The notes below the pieces were generated by a model. That model saw only the letters and a list, made by a program, of their open reading frames with translations. It was not told where the DNA came from and ran no database searches. Below are positions 11,991-23,975 of a stretch of 36,129 bases of DNA, in pieces. Each line of letters starts with the position of its first letter. The first letter of the stretch is position 1. The position numbers and the translations under genes are program-made. Source of the DNA: Burkholderiales bacterium (lineage in GTDB: Bacteria; Pseudomonadota; Gammaproteobacteria; Burkholderiales; SG8-39); assembly GCA_036506355.1 (NCBI GenBank), contig DASXRW010000340.1:1-36129 (forward strand), read 5' to 3'.

Positions 11991-13072
11991 CAGCGCAATG
12001 CCACGGGGTAGGAGCCCAGCACTTTGAGGAACGGGGCCTTCGCCTGCAGCTCGGCGAGCGCCTTGGCCACCGGCGCGTCCTTCTGATGGCCTTCGAGGTC
12101 GATGAAGAACACGTACTCCCAGAGCGACGAGCCGCTTCTCAGCCCCTGGCGCGAAGGCCGCGATTCGATGCGCGTCATGCTGACGCGATGCTGCGCGAGC
12201 GGCGTGAGCAGCGCATGCACCGCGCCGGGCTTGTTCTCCGCCGACATGACGAGCGAGGTGCGGTCCTTGCCCGTCGGCCCGGGGTCGAGCTCGCCGAGCA
12301 CCAGGAAGCGCGTCGTGTTGTTGGGCGCATCTTCGATCGATCGCGCCAGCACACTCAGCCCATAACGCTCGGCGGCCGCTTCGCCCGCGATGGCGGCGGC
12401 GCCGTCCTCCTTCGCCGCGCGCTGCGCGGCTTCGGCGTTGGAGCCGACGGGAATCCTTTCGGCGCCCGGGAGCTGCTGCGCGAGCCAGGCGTTGCACTGG
12501 GCGAGCGATTGGGCGTGCGAATAGACACGCCGTATGTCCTTCACCGTGCCCTTGGCCAGCAGATTCTGCTGCACGCGCAGCTCGATCTCCGCGCAGATGC
12601 GAAGCGGCGTGACGAGAAGCAGATCGAGCGTGCGGCCAACCACGCCCTCGGTCGAGTTCTCCACCGGCACGACCGTGAACTGCACGGCACCCGCTTCGCA
12701 GCGCCGGAACGCTTCGTCGACCGACGGCACCGGCAGCGCCTCGACCGCGCGACCGAAATGCTGGCGCACCGCCTGCTCGCTGAAAGTGCCTTCCGGACCC
12801 AGATAGGTGACGCGAATCGCCTCTTCGAGGCCGCGGCAGGCGGAAATGACCTCGCGGAATACGCCGCTCACGCGCTCCGGGGCGAGCGGCCCGGGATTCC
12901 TCTCGGCGACGCGGCGCAGGATCTCGGTCTCGCGCTCGGGCCGATAGGCCGGCGCGCCCTGCTTCAGCGCGCCGATGCGGCCCGCCAGCGCCGCGCGCTT
13001 GTTGAGCAGCTTGAGGAGCTCGTCGTCGACGCCATCGATCTCGCGACGCAGCTTGTCGATGTCTTCAGCCAT
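11990..13072 (-). CDS. pheA: bifunctional chorismate mutase / prephenate dehydratase (P-protein)
   Basis: [27 protein letters not shown] is a CM type 2 domain, followed by YLGPEGTFSEQA (PDT) and a C-terminal ACT with ESRP. Start taken at MAEDID (ATGGCTGA overlap with the upstream stop). The track start 13102 is a possible alternative. Confidence 0.9.
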   Translation of the reverse strand: MAEDIDKLRREIDGVDDELLKLLNKRAALAGRIGALKQGAPAYRPERETEILRRVAERNPGPLAPERVSGVFREVISACRGLEEAIRVTYLGPEGTFSEQAVRQHFGRAVEALPVPSVDEAFRRCEAGAVQFTVVPVENSTEGVVGRTLDLLLVTPLRICAEIELRVQQNLLAKGTVKDIRRVYSHAQSLAQCNAWLAQQLPGAERIPVGSNAEAAQRAAKEDGAAAIAGEAAAERYGLSVLARSIEDAPNNTTRFLVLGELDPGPTGKDRTSLVMSAENKPGAVHALLTPLAQHRVSMTRIESRPSRQGLRSGSSLWEYVFFIDLEGHQKDAPVAKALAELQAKAPFLKVLGSYPVALR

Positions 13073-14255
13073 CGACCGGAAGATAGCGGACCGCGAGCAC
13101 ACCGTGGGTGTGGCACAGCTCGTCGACCACGTCCTTGCCGACCGGGCTGTCGGCGTCGACCAGCGTGTAGGCCATGTCGCCCTTCGACTTGTTCAGCATG
13201 TTGTGGATGTTGATCTTGCGCTTGCCGAGCGTGTGCGAGATGCGTCCCAGCATGTCGGGCACGTTGGCGTTGGCGATGGCGAGCCGGTAGGGCGCCTCGC
13301 GAGCCATGGCGGCGTCGGGGAAGTTGACCGCGTTCTGCAGGTTGCCATGCTCGAGATACTCGCGCAGCTGGTCGACCACCATCACGGCGGAATTGTCCTC
13401 GGCCTCGGCGGTCGAGGCGCCAAGGTGCGGCAGCGCGATGACGCCCAGCTTGCCGATCAGCGCAGCGCTCGGGAAATCGGTGACGTACCACTTGAGGCGG
13501 TGGCTCGTCAGACCGTTCAGCACCGCCTCGTCCGACACCACGCCCTCGCGCGAGAAGTTGAGCAGCACGGCACCGGCGCGGAAATGATCGATGTTCTTCG
13601 TGTTGACGAGGTGCTTGGTCTTCTCCACCAGCGGAACGTGCAGGCTGACGAAGTCGCTGCCCTTCAGGATCTCGTCGATCGAGTTCGCGCGGCGCACCTG
13701 CGACGGCAGGCTCCACGCCGCCTCCACGGTGATGTGCGGATCGTAACCCTGCACGTTCATGCCCAGCCGGATCGCCGCGTCGGCGACGAGGCTGCCGATC
13801 TTGCCCAAGCCGATGACGCCGAGCGTATGGCCGGGGAGCTCGAAGCCCGCGAAGGCCTTCTTGCCACTCTCGACCGTCTTGTCGATGTCGCCGCCACCGC
13901 CGTCGAGACCCTTCACGAACTCGAGCGCGGGGCCGAGATTGCGCGCCGCGATCAGCATCCCGGCGAGCACCAGCTCCTTCACGGCGTTGGCGTTCGCGCC
14001 CGGGGCATTGAACACCGGGATGCCGCGCTTCGAGAGCGTCGGCACGGGGATGTTGTTGACGCCGGCGCCCGCGCGCCCGACAGCGCGCAGCGACGGGCCG
14101 AACTCGAACTTGTGGAGATCCTGCGAGCGCACCAGGATCGCCCAGGGATCCTTCGACTCTTTCACCACCGCGTAGCGCTCGGCCGGAAAGCGCTTGAGAC
14201 CGACCTGGGCGATCTGGTTGATGACCAGGATCTCGCACTTTTTGCCCTTAGCCAT
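13065..14255 (-). CDS. serA: D-3-phosphoglycerate dehydrogenase-like 2-hydroxyacid dehydrogenase with C-terminal ACT domain
   Basis: 396-aa [19 protein letters not shown] motif, D-isomer 2-hydroxyacid dehydrogenase layout, ACT-like C-terminus, adjacent to serC. Confidence 0.8.
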   Translation of the reverse strand: MAKGKKCEILVINQIAQVGLKRFPAERYAVVKESKDPWAILVRSQDLHKFEFGPSLRAVGRAGAGVNNIPVPTLSKRGIPVFNAPGANANAVKELVLAGMLIAARNLGPALEFVKGLDGGGGDIDKTVESGKKAFAGFELPGHTLGVIGLGKIGSLVADAAIRLGMNVQGYDPHITVEAAWSLPSQVRRANSIDEILKGSDFVSLHVPLVEKTKHLVNTKNIDHFRAGAVLLNFSREGVVSDEAVLNGLTSHRLKWYVTDFPSAALIGKLGVIALPHLGASTAEAEDNSAVMVVDQLREYLEHGNLQNAVNFPDAAMAREAPYRLAIANANVPDMLGRISHTLGKRKINIHNMLNKSKGDMAYTLVDADSPVGKDVVDELCHTHGVLAVRYLPVDG

Positions 14256-15320
14256 GTTTTTTTTCGAATTCCTTCATGTACTCGACCAGGCGCTGCACGC
14301 CCTCGAGCGGCATCGCGTTGTAGATCGAGGCGCGCATGCCGCCGACCGAGCGGTGTCCCTTCAGCTGAACCATGCCACGCTCCACGGCGCCTTTGAGGAA
14401 TGGCTCATCGAGCTTCGCATCCCGCAGCGTGAACGGCACGTTCATCCGCGAGCGGTCTTCCTTCGCCACCGGGTTGCCGTAGAACCTGGCGGCGTCCAGA
14501 AAATCGTAGAGCAGCTTCGCCTTGGCAATATTGCGCCGCTCGATCTCGGCCACGCCGCCCAGCGCCTTCAGCCACTTGAACACCAGGCCGGCGATGTACA
14601 TCGAATAGGTCGGCGGCGTATTGAGCATCGAGTCCGCCTCGGCCTGCAGCTTGTAGTCCATCACGCTCGGCGTGCCTTTCATCGCCTTGCCGAGCAGGTC
14701 TTCGCGCACGATGACGATCGTCAGTCCGGCCGGCCCGACGTTCTTCTGCGCGCCGGCGTAGATCAGGCCGAACTTCGCGACGTCGATCGGCCGCGAGAGG
14801 AAATGCGACGAGGCATCCGCCACGATCGGCACCGGCGCAGCCGGAACGCTATGGAATTCGACACCGCCGATGGTTTCGTTAGAACAGTAATGGACGTACG
14901 CCGCGTCTTTGCGCACGTTCCAGTTCTTCGGCGCATAGGTGAAGTTCTTGTCCTCGGAGCTCGCGGCGATGTGCACGTCGCACCAGGCTTTCGCCTCCTT
15001 GATCGCCTTCTTCGACCATTCGCCGGTCGAGACGTAATCGGCTTTGCCCTTGCCGTGCAGCAGGTTCATCGGCACCTGGGCGAACTGCAGCGTGGCGCCG
15101 CCTTGGACAAATAGGACTTTGTAGCTCTGCGGAATGGAAAGGAGCTCGCGCAGATCCTTTTCGGCTTCGGCAGCGATGCCGATGAACTCCTTGCCGCGAT
15201 GGCTCATCTCCATCACCGACATGCCACTGCCGTGCCAGTCGAGGATCTCGTCGCCGGCGCGGGATAGGACTTCGGCGGGAAGCATCGCTGGCCCCGCGCT
15301 GAAATTGAAGATCCGGGACA

Positions 15321-15321
<1 letters not shown>
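14248..15321 (-). CDS. serC: phosphoserine aminotransferase
   Basis: 357-aa [18 protein letters not shown]...EMSHRGKEF is the canonical SerC N-terminus. Confidence 0.93.
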
Positions 15322-17948
<2,627 letters not shown>

Positions 17949-18026
17949 GCGGGAAGAGCTTGAATTTTATCATGCGCGGCATCGCCAAATCTCGCGCAAG
18001 CGACGGTTTTCCCTCGTAAAAACGCC

Positions 18027-18056
18027 TTGTGTCGCGGCTTGTGCCTGTGTTTAAAT
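18027..18056 (+). promoter_or_regulatory. candidate sigma70 promoter for the first OmpA-like lipoprotein gene
   Basis: TTGTGT (18027-18032), 17-18 nt spacer, TTTAAA/TTAAAT (18050-18056), in the AT-richer gyrA/ompA divergent spacer about 40 nt upstream of the ATG. Pattern match only. Confidence 0.3.
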
Positions 18057-18094
18057 GGCGCCCGGTCTCGACGCAAAAAAAGAAGGGGGGAGGG

Positions 18095-18658
18095 ATGAAA
18101 TCCAGCACGCTTATCTTCACGGTTTCGATCGCGCTCGCACTCACCGCGTGCGCCACGCAGGAGGCGCAAAAGCCCGCGCCGGCACCCGAGCCGAAACCGG
18201 CGCCCGCGCCGGCTCCGGCACCGGCGCCAGTGCCGAGGCAGGAAATCAAGCCGGCACCCGCGGCTGAGCCCAAGAAGCCCGCGGTGGTGAATCTCGCTTC
18301 GACCGAGCTCTTCGAGTTCAACAAGGCGACGCTCACCAACGAAGCCAGGAGCAAGCTCGATTCCGAAGTGGTCGGCAAGCTCAGGGACTTCGGCCAGATC
18401 CGCTACATCATCGTGAACGGCCACGCCGACCGCCTGGGCTCTGCGCAGTACAATCAGCGGCTCTCGGAAAAGCGCGCCGAAGCGGTGCGCGCCTACCTTG
18501 TCTCCAAGGGCGCCGACGCCTCGCAGGTCGAGACGCTCGGCTTCGGCAAGACGCTGCCGACGAAATCCTGCCCGGATCAGAAGGACCGCAAGTCGCTGAT
18601 CGAATGCCTCGCGCCGAACCGGCGCGTGGTCGTCGAGATACAAGGCACGCCGAGATAG
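18095..18658 (+). CDS. OmpA-domain peptidoglycan-associated lipoprotein (paralog 1)
   Basis: Start chosen at [19 protein letters not shown] (lipobox LTAC) with GGGGGGAGGG directly upstream. Pro/Ala tether followed by an OmpA_C domain ([26 protein letters not shown]). Contains the C...C pair [22 protein letters not shown], like the E. coli OmpA C-terminal disulfide loop. Confidence 0.85.
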   Translation: MKSSTLIFTVSIALALTACATQEAQKPAPAPEPKPAPAPAPAPAPVPRQEIKPAPAAEPKKPAVVNLASTELFEFNKATLTNEARSKLDSEVVGKLRDFGQIRYIIVNGHADRLGSAQYNQRLSEKRAEAVRAYLVSKGADASQVETLGFGKTLPTKSCPDQKDRKSLIECLAPNRRVVVEIQGTPR

Positions 18659-19977
18659 CCCACAGCTTTATCGTTCTGCCGCGCTGGCTCGTGCCGGTCG
18701 AGCCGGCAGGCAGCGTGCTCCTGGACCATGCCGTCGCGGTCCGCGACGGCAAGATCGAGGCCGTGCTACCCGCCGGCGATGCGCGCCAGCGCTTCGCCGG
18801 CTACGAGCAAGTCGCGCTGCCCGAGTGCGTCCTCATCCCGGGGCTCGTCAACGCGCATACGCATGCCGCGATGACGCTGATGCGCGGGCTCGCCGACGAC
18901 CTGCCGCTGATGCGCTGGCTCGAAGAGCACGTCTGGCCCGCCGAGAAGCGCCACGTCTCGGCCGAGTTCGTGCGCGACGGCACGCTCGCCGCCTGTGCCG
19001 AGATGCTGCGCGGCGGCATCACCTGCTTCAACGACATGTATTTCTTTCCAGATGCCGCGCTCGAGGCGGCGCTCGAAGCCGGCATGCGCTCCTCGCACGG
19101 CATCATCGTGATCGAGTTTCCGTCCGCGTATGCCGCGGACGCGGCCGATTACCTGAGGAAAGGGCTCGAGTTGCGCGATCGCTACCGCGACGAGCCGCTC
19201 GCTTCGTTCTGCCTCGCGCCCCATGCGCCTTACACCGTGTCGGATGCGAGCTTTCGCCAGATCGCGACGCTCGCCGCCGAGCTCGATCTGCCGGTCCACG
19301 TGCATGTGCACGAGACCGAGCACGAGGTGCAGGGCTCGCTCGCCGAGCACGGCGTGCGCCCGCTCGAGCGCCTGCGGCGCCTGAACCTGGTCGCGCCCAA
19401 CCTGATCGCGGTGCACGCGGTGCATCTCACTGCGGAAGAGATCGCGCTGCTCGCGCGCCACGGCTGCTCGGTGGTGCACTGCCCCTCGTCGAATCTCAAG
19501 CTCGCGAGCGGCTTCGCCCCGGTGGCAAAGCTGGCGGGCGCCGGCGTGAACATCGCGCTCGGCACCGACGGCGCCGCGAGCAATAACCGTCTCGACATGT
19601 TCGAAGAAATGCGCATCGCGGCGCTCCTCGCCAAGGCGGTCGCGGGAGACGCGCAGGCAATGCCCGCGCATCAGGCGCTGCGCGCGGCGACCCTAGGCGG
19701 CGCGCAAGCACTGGGCCTTGGCGAGCGCATCGGCTCCATCAGCCCCGGCAAGGCGGCGGACCTCGCGGCGCTCGCCTTGCGCGGCGCGGAACTCGCGCCC
19801 TGCTATGACCCGGTGTCCCATCTCGTGTATGCGGCGGGCCGCGAGCACGTCACGCACGTATGGGTTGCGGGAGACCTGCAAGTGAGCGAGGGAAAATTGC
19901 GCAACCCGGCGTTTTCCCGTTTGGACACTAAGTTGCACTTATGGCAGAATGCGCTCGGCGCTCTCGCAGGGCCTTGA
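18604..19977 (+). CDS. mtaD: MtaD-like amidohydrolase (5-methylthioadenosine/S-adenosylhomocysteine deaminase family; TRZ/ATZ-type)
   Basis: 457-aa ORF. WLVPVEP...IPGLVNAHTHAAMTLMRGLADDLPLMRWL is the HxH metal motif region, with HVHVHET and GTDGAASNN following. The start is uncertain: ATG 18604 overlaps the upstream gene by 55 nt. Confidence 0.8.
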   Translation: MPRAEPARGRRDTRHAEIAHSFIVLPRWLVPVEPAGSVLLDHAVAVRDGKIEAVLPAGDARQRFAGYEQVALPECVLIPGLVNAHTHAAMTLMRGLADDLPLMRWLEEHVWPAEKRHVSAEFVRDGTLAACAEMLRGGITCFNDMYFFPDAALEAALEAGMRSSHGIIVIEFPSAYAADAADYLRKGLELRDRYRDEPLASFCLAPHAPYTVSDASFRQIATLAAELDLPVHVHVHETEHEVQGSLAEHGVRPLERLRRLNLVAPNLIAVHAVHLTAEEIALLARHGCSVVHCPSSNLKLASGFAPVAKLAGAGVNIALGTDGAASNNRLDMFEEMRIAALLAKAVAGDAQAMPAHQALRAATLGGAQALGLGERIGSISPGKAADLAALALRGAELAPCYDPVSHLVYAAGREHVTHVWVAGDLQVSEGKLRNPAFSRLDTKLHLWQNALGALAGP

Positions 19978-20012
19978 TACAAATCGGTTTTTTGATAAGA
20001 ACAGGGGGAATC

Positions 20013-20549
20013 ATGATAAAGAAAGCCTGGCTGCTGCTCGTTGCGCTGGCCTTTGCGGCTGGATGCGCGACGCAGGAAGTGCCGAAACCCGCTCCGGCAC
20101 CCGAACCGAAGCCTGCCCCGGCGCCCGCACCCGCGCCAGCACCCACGCCGAGGCAAGAAATCAAACCGGAGGCGCCCAAGCCGAAGCCGGTCGCCGAAAA
20201 GGTCACCTTTGCCGCCGATGTGCTGTTCGACTTCGACAAGTCGGTGGTCAAGCCCGAGGGCAAGTCGAAGCTCGACGACCTCTCGAACAAGGTGCGCGGC
20301 GTCAACCTCGAGGTGGTCATCGCGATCGGCCACGCCGACTCGATCGGCAGCGACGCCTACAACCAGAAGCTCTCGGTGCGCCGCGCCGAATCGGTCAAGG
20401 CTTACCTCGTCTCCAAAGGCATCGAGCCCAACCGCGTGTACACGGAGGGCAAGGGCGAGAAGCAGCCGGTCGCGGACAACAAGACCCGTGAAGGCCGCGC
20501 CAAGAACCGCCGGGTCGAAATAGAGGTCATCGGCACGCGCCGGCAATAG
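20013..20549 (+). CDS. OmpA-domain peptidoglycan-associated lipoprotein (paralog 2)
   Basis: Start chosen at MIKKAWLLLVALAFAAGC (lipobox AAGC) with AGGGGGA upstream. Same tether module as paralog 1, then an OmpA_C domain (LFDFDKS, IGHADSIGSDAYNQKLSVRRAESVKAYL, NRRVEIEV) lacking the Cys loop. Confidence 0.85.
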   Translation: MIKKAWLLLVALAFAAGCATQEVPKPAPAPEPKPAPAPAPAPAPTPRQEIKPEAPKPKPVAEKVTFAADVLFDFDKSVVKPEGKSKLDDLSNKVRGVNLEVVIAIGHADSIGSDAYNQKLSVRRAESVKAYLVSKGIEPNRVYTEGKGEKQPVADNKTREGRAKNRRVEIEVIGTRRQ

Positions 20550-20577
20550 CGTCAATAGTCCGTTTTGCCCAACAGAA

Positions 20578-20603
20578 CCCCGCTTCGGCGGGGTTTTTGT
20601 TTT
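20578..20603 (+). terminator. rho-independent terminator after OmpA paralog 2
   Basis: ccccgc-ttcg-gcgggg stem-loop with a GNRA-like/UUCG loop, followed by tttttgtttt. Confidence 0.75.
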
Positions 20604-20693
20604 GCGGCACGTGAATTGCTGCTCCATCTGGACCATGCCGAGCTGATCCGCCTGGCACGGCAAACTTTTCGACGTTTGTACAAGGAGACGAGG

Positions 20694-21581
20694 ATGGAGA
20701 AGCGAATTCTGGCAGTGCTCATCGCCGCGCTGGCCGGCGGTGCGTATGCACAGTCAAGCTACGTGACCAGCGGAGCAAGCGAACAGGCAGCGACAGCGCA
20801 GCGCAGCACGGCACCCCAAGCGGCAGGCGCGACCGCGCGTGCCGGCAACCCGCCGCCCTCAACCGGATATGTCGGCTCCGGTGCAGGCGTCGTAGCGACG
20901 AACCCGTTTGGGCTGTGCTGGCGCTCCGGCGCGGAGTGGAGCGCCGACAAGGCAGCTGCGCCGTGCGACGCGGTGCCGCGCGCCTCGATACCGCCGGCGC
21001 CCATCGCGAAAGCGCCCGAGCCGGCGGCTGCGCCAGCGCCCGCACCCCTGGTCGCCGCGGCGCCAGCGCCTGTCGTGATCGAGAAGATCACGCTCTCGAC
21101 CGACGTGCTGTTCGAGTTCAACAAGGCCGACCTGAAGCCCGCGGGGCAGCAGAAGCTCGATGAGCTGGCGAAGAACGCGCAAGGCGCAAACGTCGACAAG
21201 GTAGTGCTCGTCGGCCACGCCGATCGCATCGGCTCCGAGGAGTACAACAAGGAGCTCTCCGAGAAGCGCGCGCAGGCCGTCGCCGACTACCTCGCTCAGA
21301 AAGGCGTCGACTCGACGCGGCTGCAGGTCGAGGCCAAAGGCAAGAGCGAGCCGATTACCGGCAACGAGTGCACCAACATGGGCCCCGAGAACAACAAGAA
21401 CCAGAAGCTGATCGCCTGCCTGCAACCCGACCGGCGCGTCGATGCGGAGCTGCTCGGCAGCCGCGAGGCCACCGCCTCGACCGGCTCGCCGTCGGCCGCA
21501 GGCGCGACCTCCGGGTCGAGCTCGAGCGCCGGATCAGCGAGCGGCGCGTCCTCCAGCGAGTCCGGATCGACGAACAAGTAG
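20694..21581 (+). CDS. secreted OmpA-domain protein with Cys-pair N-domain, Pro/Ala linker and Ser/Gly/Ala-rich C-terminal tail
   Basis: Start chosen at [20 protein letters not shown] (signal peptide) with AAGGAGACGAGG upstream. OmpA_C domain ([37 protein letters not shown]) with Cys loop NECTN...[11 protein letters not shown]. Confidence 0.8.
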   Translation: MEKRILAVLIAALAGGAYAQSSYVTSGASEQAATAQRSTAPQAAGATARAGNPPPSTGYVGSGAGVVATNPFGLCWRSGAEWSADKAAAPCDAVPRASIPPAPIAKAPEPAAAPAPAPLVAAAPAPVVIEKITLSTDVLFEFNKADLKPAGQQKLDELAKNAQGANVDKVVLVGHADRIGSEEYNKELSEKRAQAVADYLAQKGVDSTRLQVEAKGKSEPITGNECTNMGPENNKNQKLIACLQPDRRVDAELLGSREATASTGSPSAAGATSGSSSSAGSASGASSSESGSTNK

Positions 21582-21602
21582 CCCCTCGCAGCCGCAAACC
21601 AG

Positions 21603-21628
21603 GCCCCGCTTCGGCGGGGCTTTTTTTT
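21603..21628 (+). terminator. rho-independent terminator after the third OmpA-domain gene
   Basis: gccccgc-ttcg-gcggggc stem-loop followed by tttttttt. Shares the 16-nt core ccccgcttcggcgggg with the terminator at 20578. Confidence 0.8.
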
Positions 21629-21643
21629 GGGACAATGGGTTCG

Positions 21644-22336
21644 ATGAACGCCGACCCGGCAGAGCTGGAGAAATTCAGCCAGCTCGCCCATCGCTGGTGG
21701 GACCCGCACGGCGAGTTCCGTCCGCTGCACGACATCAATCCGCTGCGCCTCGACTGGATCGACGAGCGCGCGAGCCTTACTGGCAAACGCGTGCTCGATG
21801 TGGGCTGCGGCGGCGGCATCCTCGCCGAAGCGATGGCCGGCCGCGGCGCCGAGGTCACGGGCATCGACCTCTCGGAGAAATCGCTGCGCGTCGCCGAGCT
21901 GCATCTGTTGCAAAGCAAGACGCGGGTGACCTACGAGCGCGCCACCGCCGAAGACTACGCCGAGCGCCATGCGGGGGAGTTCGACGTCGTGACCTGCATG
22001 GAGCTCTTGGAGCACGTGCCCGAGCCGGCGAGCATGGTCGCCGCATGCGCGCGCCTCGTGCGGCCCGGCGGGCAGGTGTTCTTCTCCACCATCAACCGCA
22101 ACCCGAAGTCGTATCTCTTCGCGGTGATCGGCGCCGAGTACGTGCTGCGGCTGCTGCCGCGCGGCACGCACGACTACCTGCGCTTCATCAAGCCCTCGGA
22201 GCTTTCGCGCTTCGCGCGCGGCGCCGGCCTGCGCGCCGCCGAATTGATCGGCATGACCTACAACCCGCTGACACAGCGCTACCGGCTGGGGCGCGACTGC
22301 GACGTCAACTATCTCCTGCGCTGCGTGCGTGACTAG
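21644..22336 (+). CDS. ubiG: bifunctional 3-demethylubiquinol 3-O-methyltransferase / 2-polyprenyl-6-hydroxyphenol methylase
   Basis: [36 protein letters not shown]...[13 protein letters not shown]...CMELLEHVP is collinear with E. coli UbiG as recalled. An alternative in-frame ATG lies at 21635. The rest of track ORF 21368.. is an upstream extension across the terminator. Confidence 0.9.
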   Translation: MNADPAELEKFSQLAHRWWDPHGEFRPLHDINPLRLDWIDERASLTGKRVLDVGCGGGILAEAMAGRGAEVTGIDLSEKSLRVAELHLLQSKTRVTYERATAEDYAERHAGEFDVVTCMELLEHVPEPASMVAACARLVRPGGQVFFSTINRNPKSYLFAVIGAEYVLRLLPRGTHDYLRFIKPSELSRFARGAGLRAAELIGMTYNPLTQRYRLGRDCDVNYLLRCVRD

Positions 22337-22976
22337 CCGCGCCGTGCTGTTCGATTTCGACGGCACGCTTGCCGATACCGCACCGGACCTCGCGGCCGCC
22401 GTCAACCGCATGCGCAGCGACCGTGCCATGAAACCGCTGGCGCCGCAAAGCGTGCGGCCGTATGCCTCGATGGGCGCACGAGGACTGCTACGCATCGGCT
22501 TCGGCATGACGCCGGAGCATCCGGCTTACAGCGCGATGCGCGACGAATTCCTGGAGCGCTACTCGCAGGCGATCTGCGTCCATACGCGGCTCTTCCCGGG
22601 CATCGCCGAGCTGGTGCGCGAGCTAGGCGCGCGCCACATCGCCTGGGGCATCGTCACCAACAAGGCACTGCGCTTCACCGCGCGCCTGGTGCAGGACCTC
22701 GGCGTCGCGCCCGCCTGCGTGGTGTGCGGCGACTCCACGCCGCACCTCAAGCCGCATCCGGCGCCTTTGCTTGCCGCCGCGGCGCAGCTGGAGTTGGCGC
22801 CAGCCGATTGCGTCTACGTCGGCGATGACTTGCGCGACATCCAAGCCGCGCGCGCCGCCGGCATGCGCTGCGTCGCGGTCGAGTACGGCTACCACGGCAC
22901 CGAGAACCCGGGTCCGGCGGCCTGGAACGCCGATGCGATCATCTCCCATCCTTCCGAACTCCTGGAGCACCTATGA
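22329..22976 (+). CDS. gph: phosphoglycolate phosphatase (HAD superfamily)
   Basis: 215-aa [15 protein letters not shown] (HAD motif I), TNK (motif II region), [16 protein letters not shown] (motif III). GTG start overlaps the ubiG stop by 8 nt. The ubiG-gph pairing is common. Confidence 0.85.
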   Translation: MTSRAVLFDFDGTLADTAPDLAAAVNRMRSDRAMKPLAPQSVRPYASMGARGLLRIGFGMTPEHPAYSAMRDEFLERYSQAICVHTRLFPGIAELVRELGARHIAWGIVTNKALRFTARLVQDLGVAPACVVCGDSTPHLKPHPAPLLAAAAQLELAPADCVYVGDDLRDIQAARAAGMRCVAVEYGYHGTENPGPAAWNADAIISHPSELLEHL

Positions 22977-23953
22977 AAGCCATTGCCCATACTTCGGGCG
23001 AGCTCGGTTCGCTCGTCGACATTGAGCTGCCGAAACCGACCCCGAAGGGGCGCGACCTCCTCGTGAAGGTCGAAGCGGTCGCCGTCAACCCGGTCGACAC
23101 GAAACAACGAAAGATCGCCCCGTCCGCGCCGCGCGTGCTGGGCTGGGACGCCGCCGGCACCGTGGCTGCAGCGGGCGATGCGGTCACCCTCTTTAAGCCG
23201 GGCGATGCCGTCTACTACGCCGGCGACGTGACGCGTGCGGGCTGCAACAGCGAGTTCCATCTGGTCGACGAGCGCATCGTCGGGCGCAAGCCGAAGAGCC
23301 TGGACTTCGCGCAGGCGGCCGCCATCCCGCTGACCGCGATCACCGCCTGGGAGGCGTTCTTCGAGCGCATGAAAGTCGTCAAGGGCCGCTCGCTGCTCAT
23401 CATCGGCGGCGCCGGCGGCGTCGGCTCGATCGGCATCCAGCTCGCGAAGAGCGCCGGTCTCACCGTGATCGCCACCGCATCACGCAGCGCGACGATCGCC
23501 TGGTGCAAGGAACTCGGCGCCGACCACGTCATCGACCACCGCAAGCCGATGCGGCCGCAGATCGAGGCGCTGGGCCTGAAGCACGTCGACTACATCGCCA
23601 ATTTCAACGAGGTCGACGAGCACTGGGCGGCGATCGGCGATCTCATCGCGCCGCAAGGCGCGATCGTGCTCATCGTGGGCAACAAGAGCCCGCTGCAGCT
23701 CGATGCGGTGCGCGCCAAAAGCGCGGCGATCTGCTTCGAGCTGATGTTCACGCGAGCGCGCTTCCAGACGCCCGACATGATCGAGCAGCACAAGCTCCTG
23801 AACCAGGTCGCCGACTGGCTCGATAGCGGCAAATTGCGCGGCACGCTGAAGGAGACGCTCTCGCCGATCAATGCCGCGAATCTGCGCAAGGCCCACGAGC
23901 GGCTCGAATCGGGAACCATGATCGGCAAGCTGGTTCTAAAGGGTTGGTCGTAA
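22973..23953 (+). CDS. zinc-independent MDR-family NAD(P)H:quinone oxidoreductase / alcohol dehydrogenase-like protein
   Basis: 326-aa ORF. GroES-like N-domain (LLVKVEAVAVNPVD), Rossmann GGAGGVGSIGIQLAK, and no Zn-ligand Cys cluster. ATGA overlap with gph. Confidence 0.8.
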   Translation: MKAIAHTSGELGSLVDIELPKPTPKGRDLLVKVEAVAVNPVDTKQRKIAPSAPRVLGWDAAGTVAAAGDAVTLFKPGDAVYYAGDVTRAGCNSEFHLVDERIVGRKPKSLDFAQAAAIPLTAITAWEAFFERMKVVKGRSLLIIGGAGGVGSIGIQLAKSAGLTVIATASRSATIAWCKELGADHVIDHRKPMRPQIEALGLKHVDYIANFNEVDEHWAAIGDLIAPQGAIVLIVGNKSPLQLDAVRAKSAAICFELMFTRARFQTPDMIEQHKLLNQVADWLDSGKLRGTLKETLSPINAANLRKAHERLESGTMIGKLVLKGWS

Positions 23954-23962
23954 GAGTAAAAT
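23934..23962 (+). promoter_or_regulatory. candidate ssrA promoter embedded in the 3' end of the upstream CDS
   Basis: TAAAAT at 23957-23962, 14 nt upstream of the mature tmRNA 5' end, with weak TTCTAA at 23934-23939 (17-nt spacer). Only 22 nt separate the CDS stop from tmRNA. Pattern match only. Confidence 0.35.
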
Positions 23963-23975
23963 GGACACTGAATCC

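Noticed and set aside
8102-12497. 5'-extended versions of real genes in the ORF track (cmk 8102..9169, aroA 8764..10194, hisC 10881..12497; likewise 18029.., 19941.., 20565.., 21368.., 27288.., 30885..31997, 34631..36076)
   Set aside because: The conserved protein N-termini, signal peptides or lipoboxes and Shine-Dalgarno sequences sit at internal starts. The extra N-terminal residues are the neighbouring gene or spacer read out of frame.
20653-20669. TGGCAC motif upstream of the third OmpA-domain gene, resembling a sigma54 -24 element
   Set aside because: The required GC of the -12 element (GG-N10-GC spacing) is not present downstream (the sequence is tggcacggcaaactttt), so it does not fit the sigma54 consensus.
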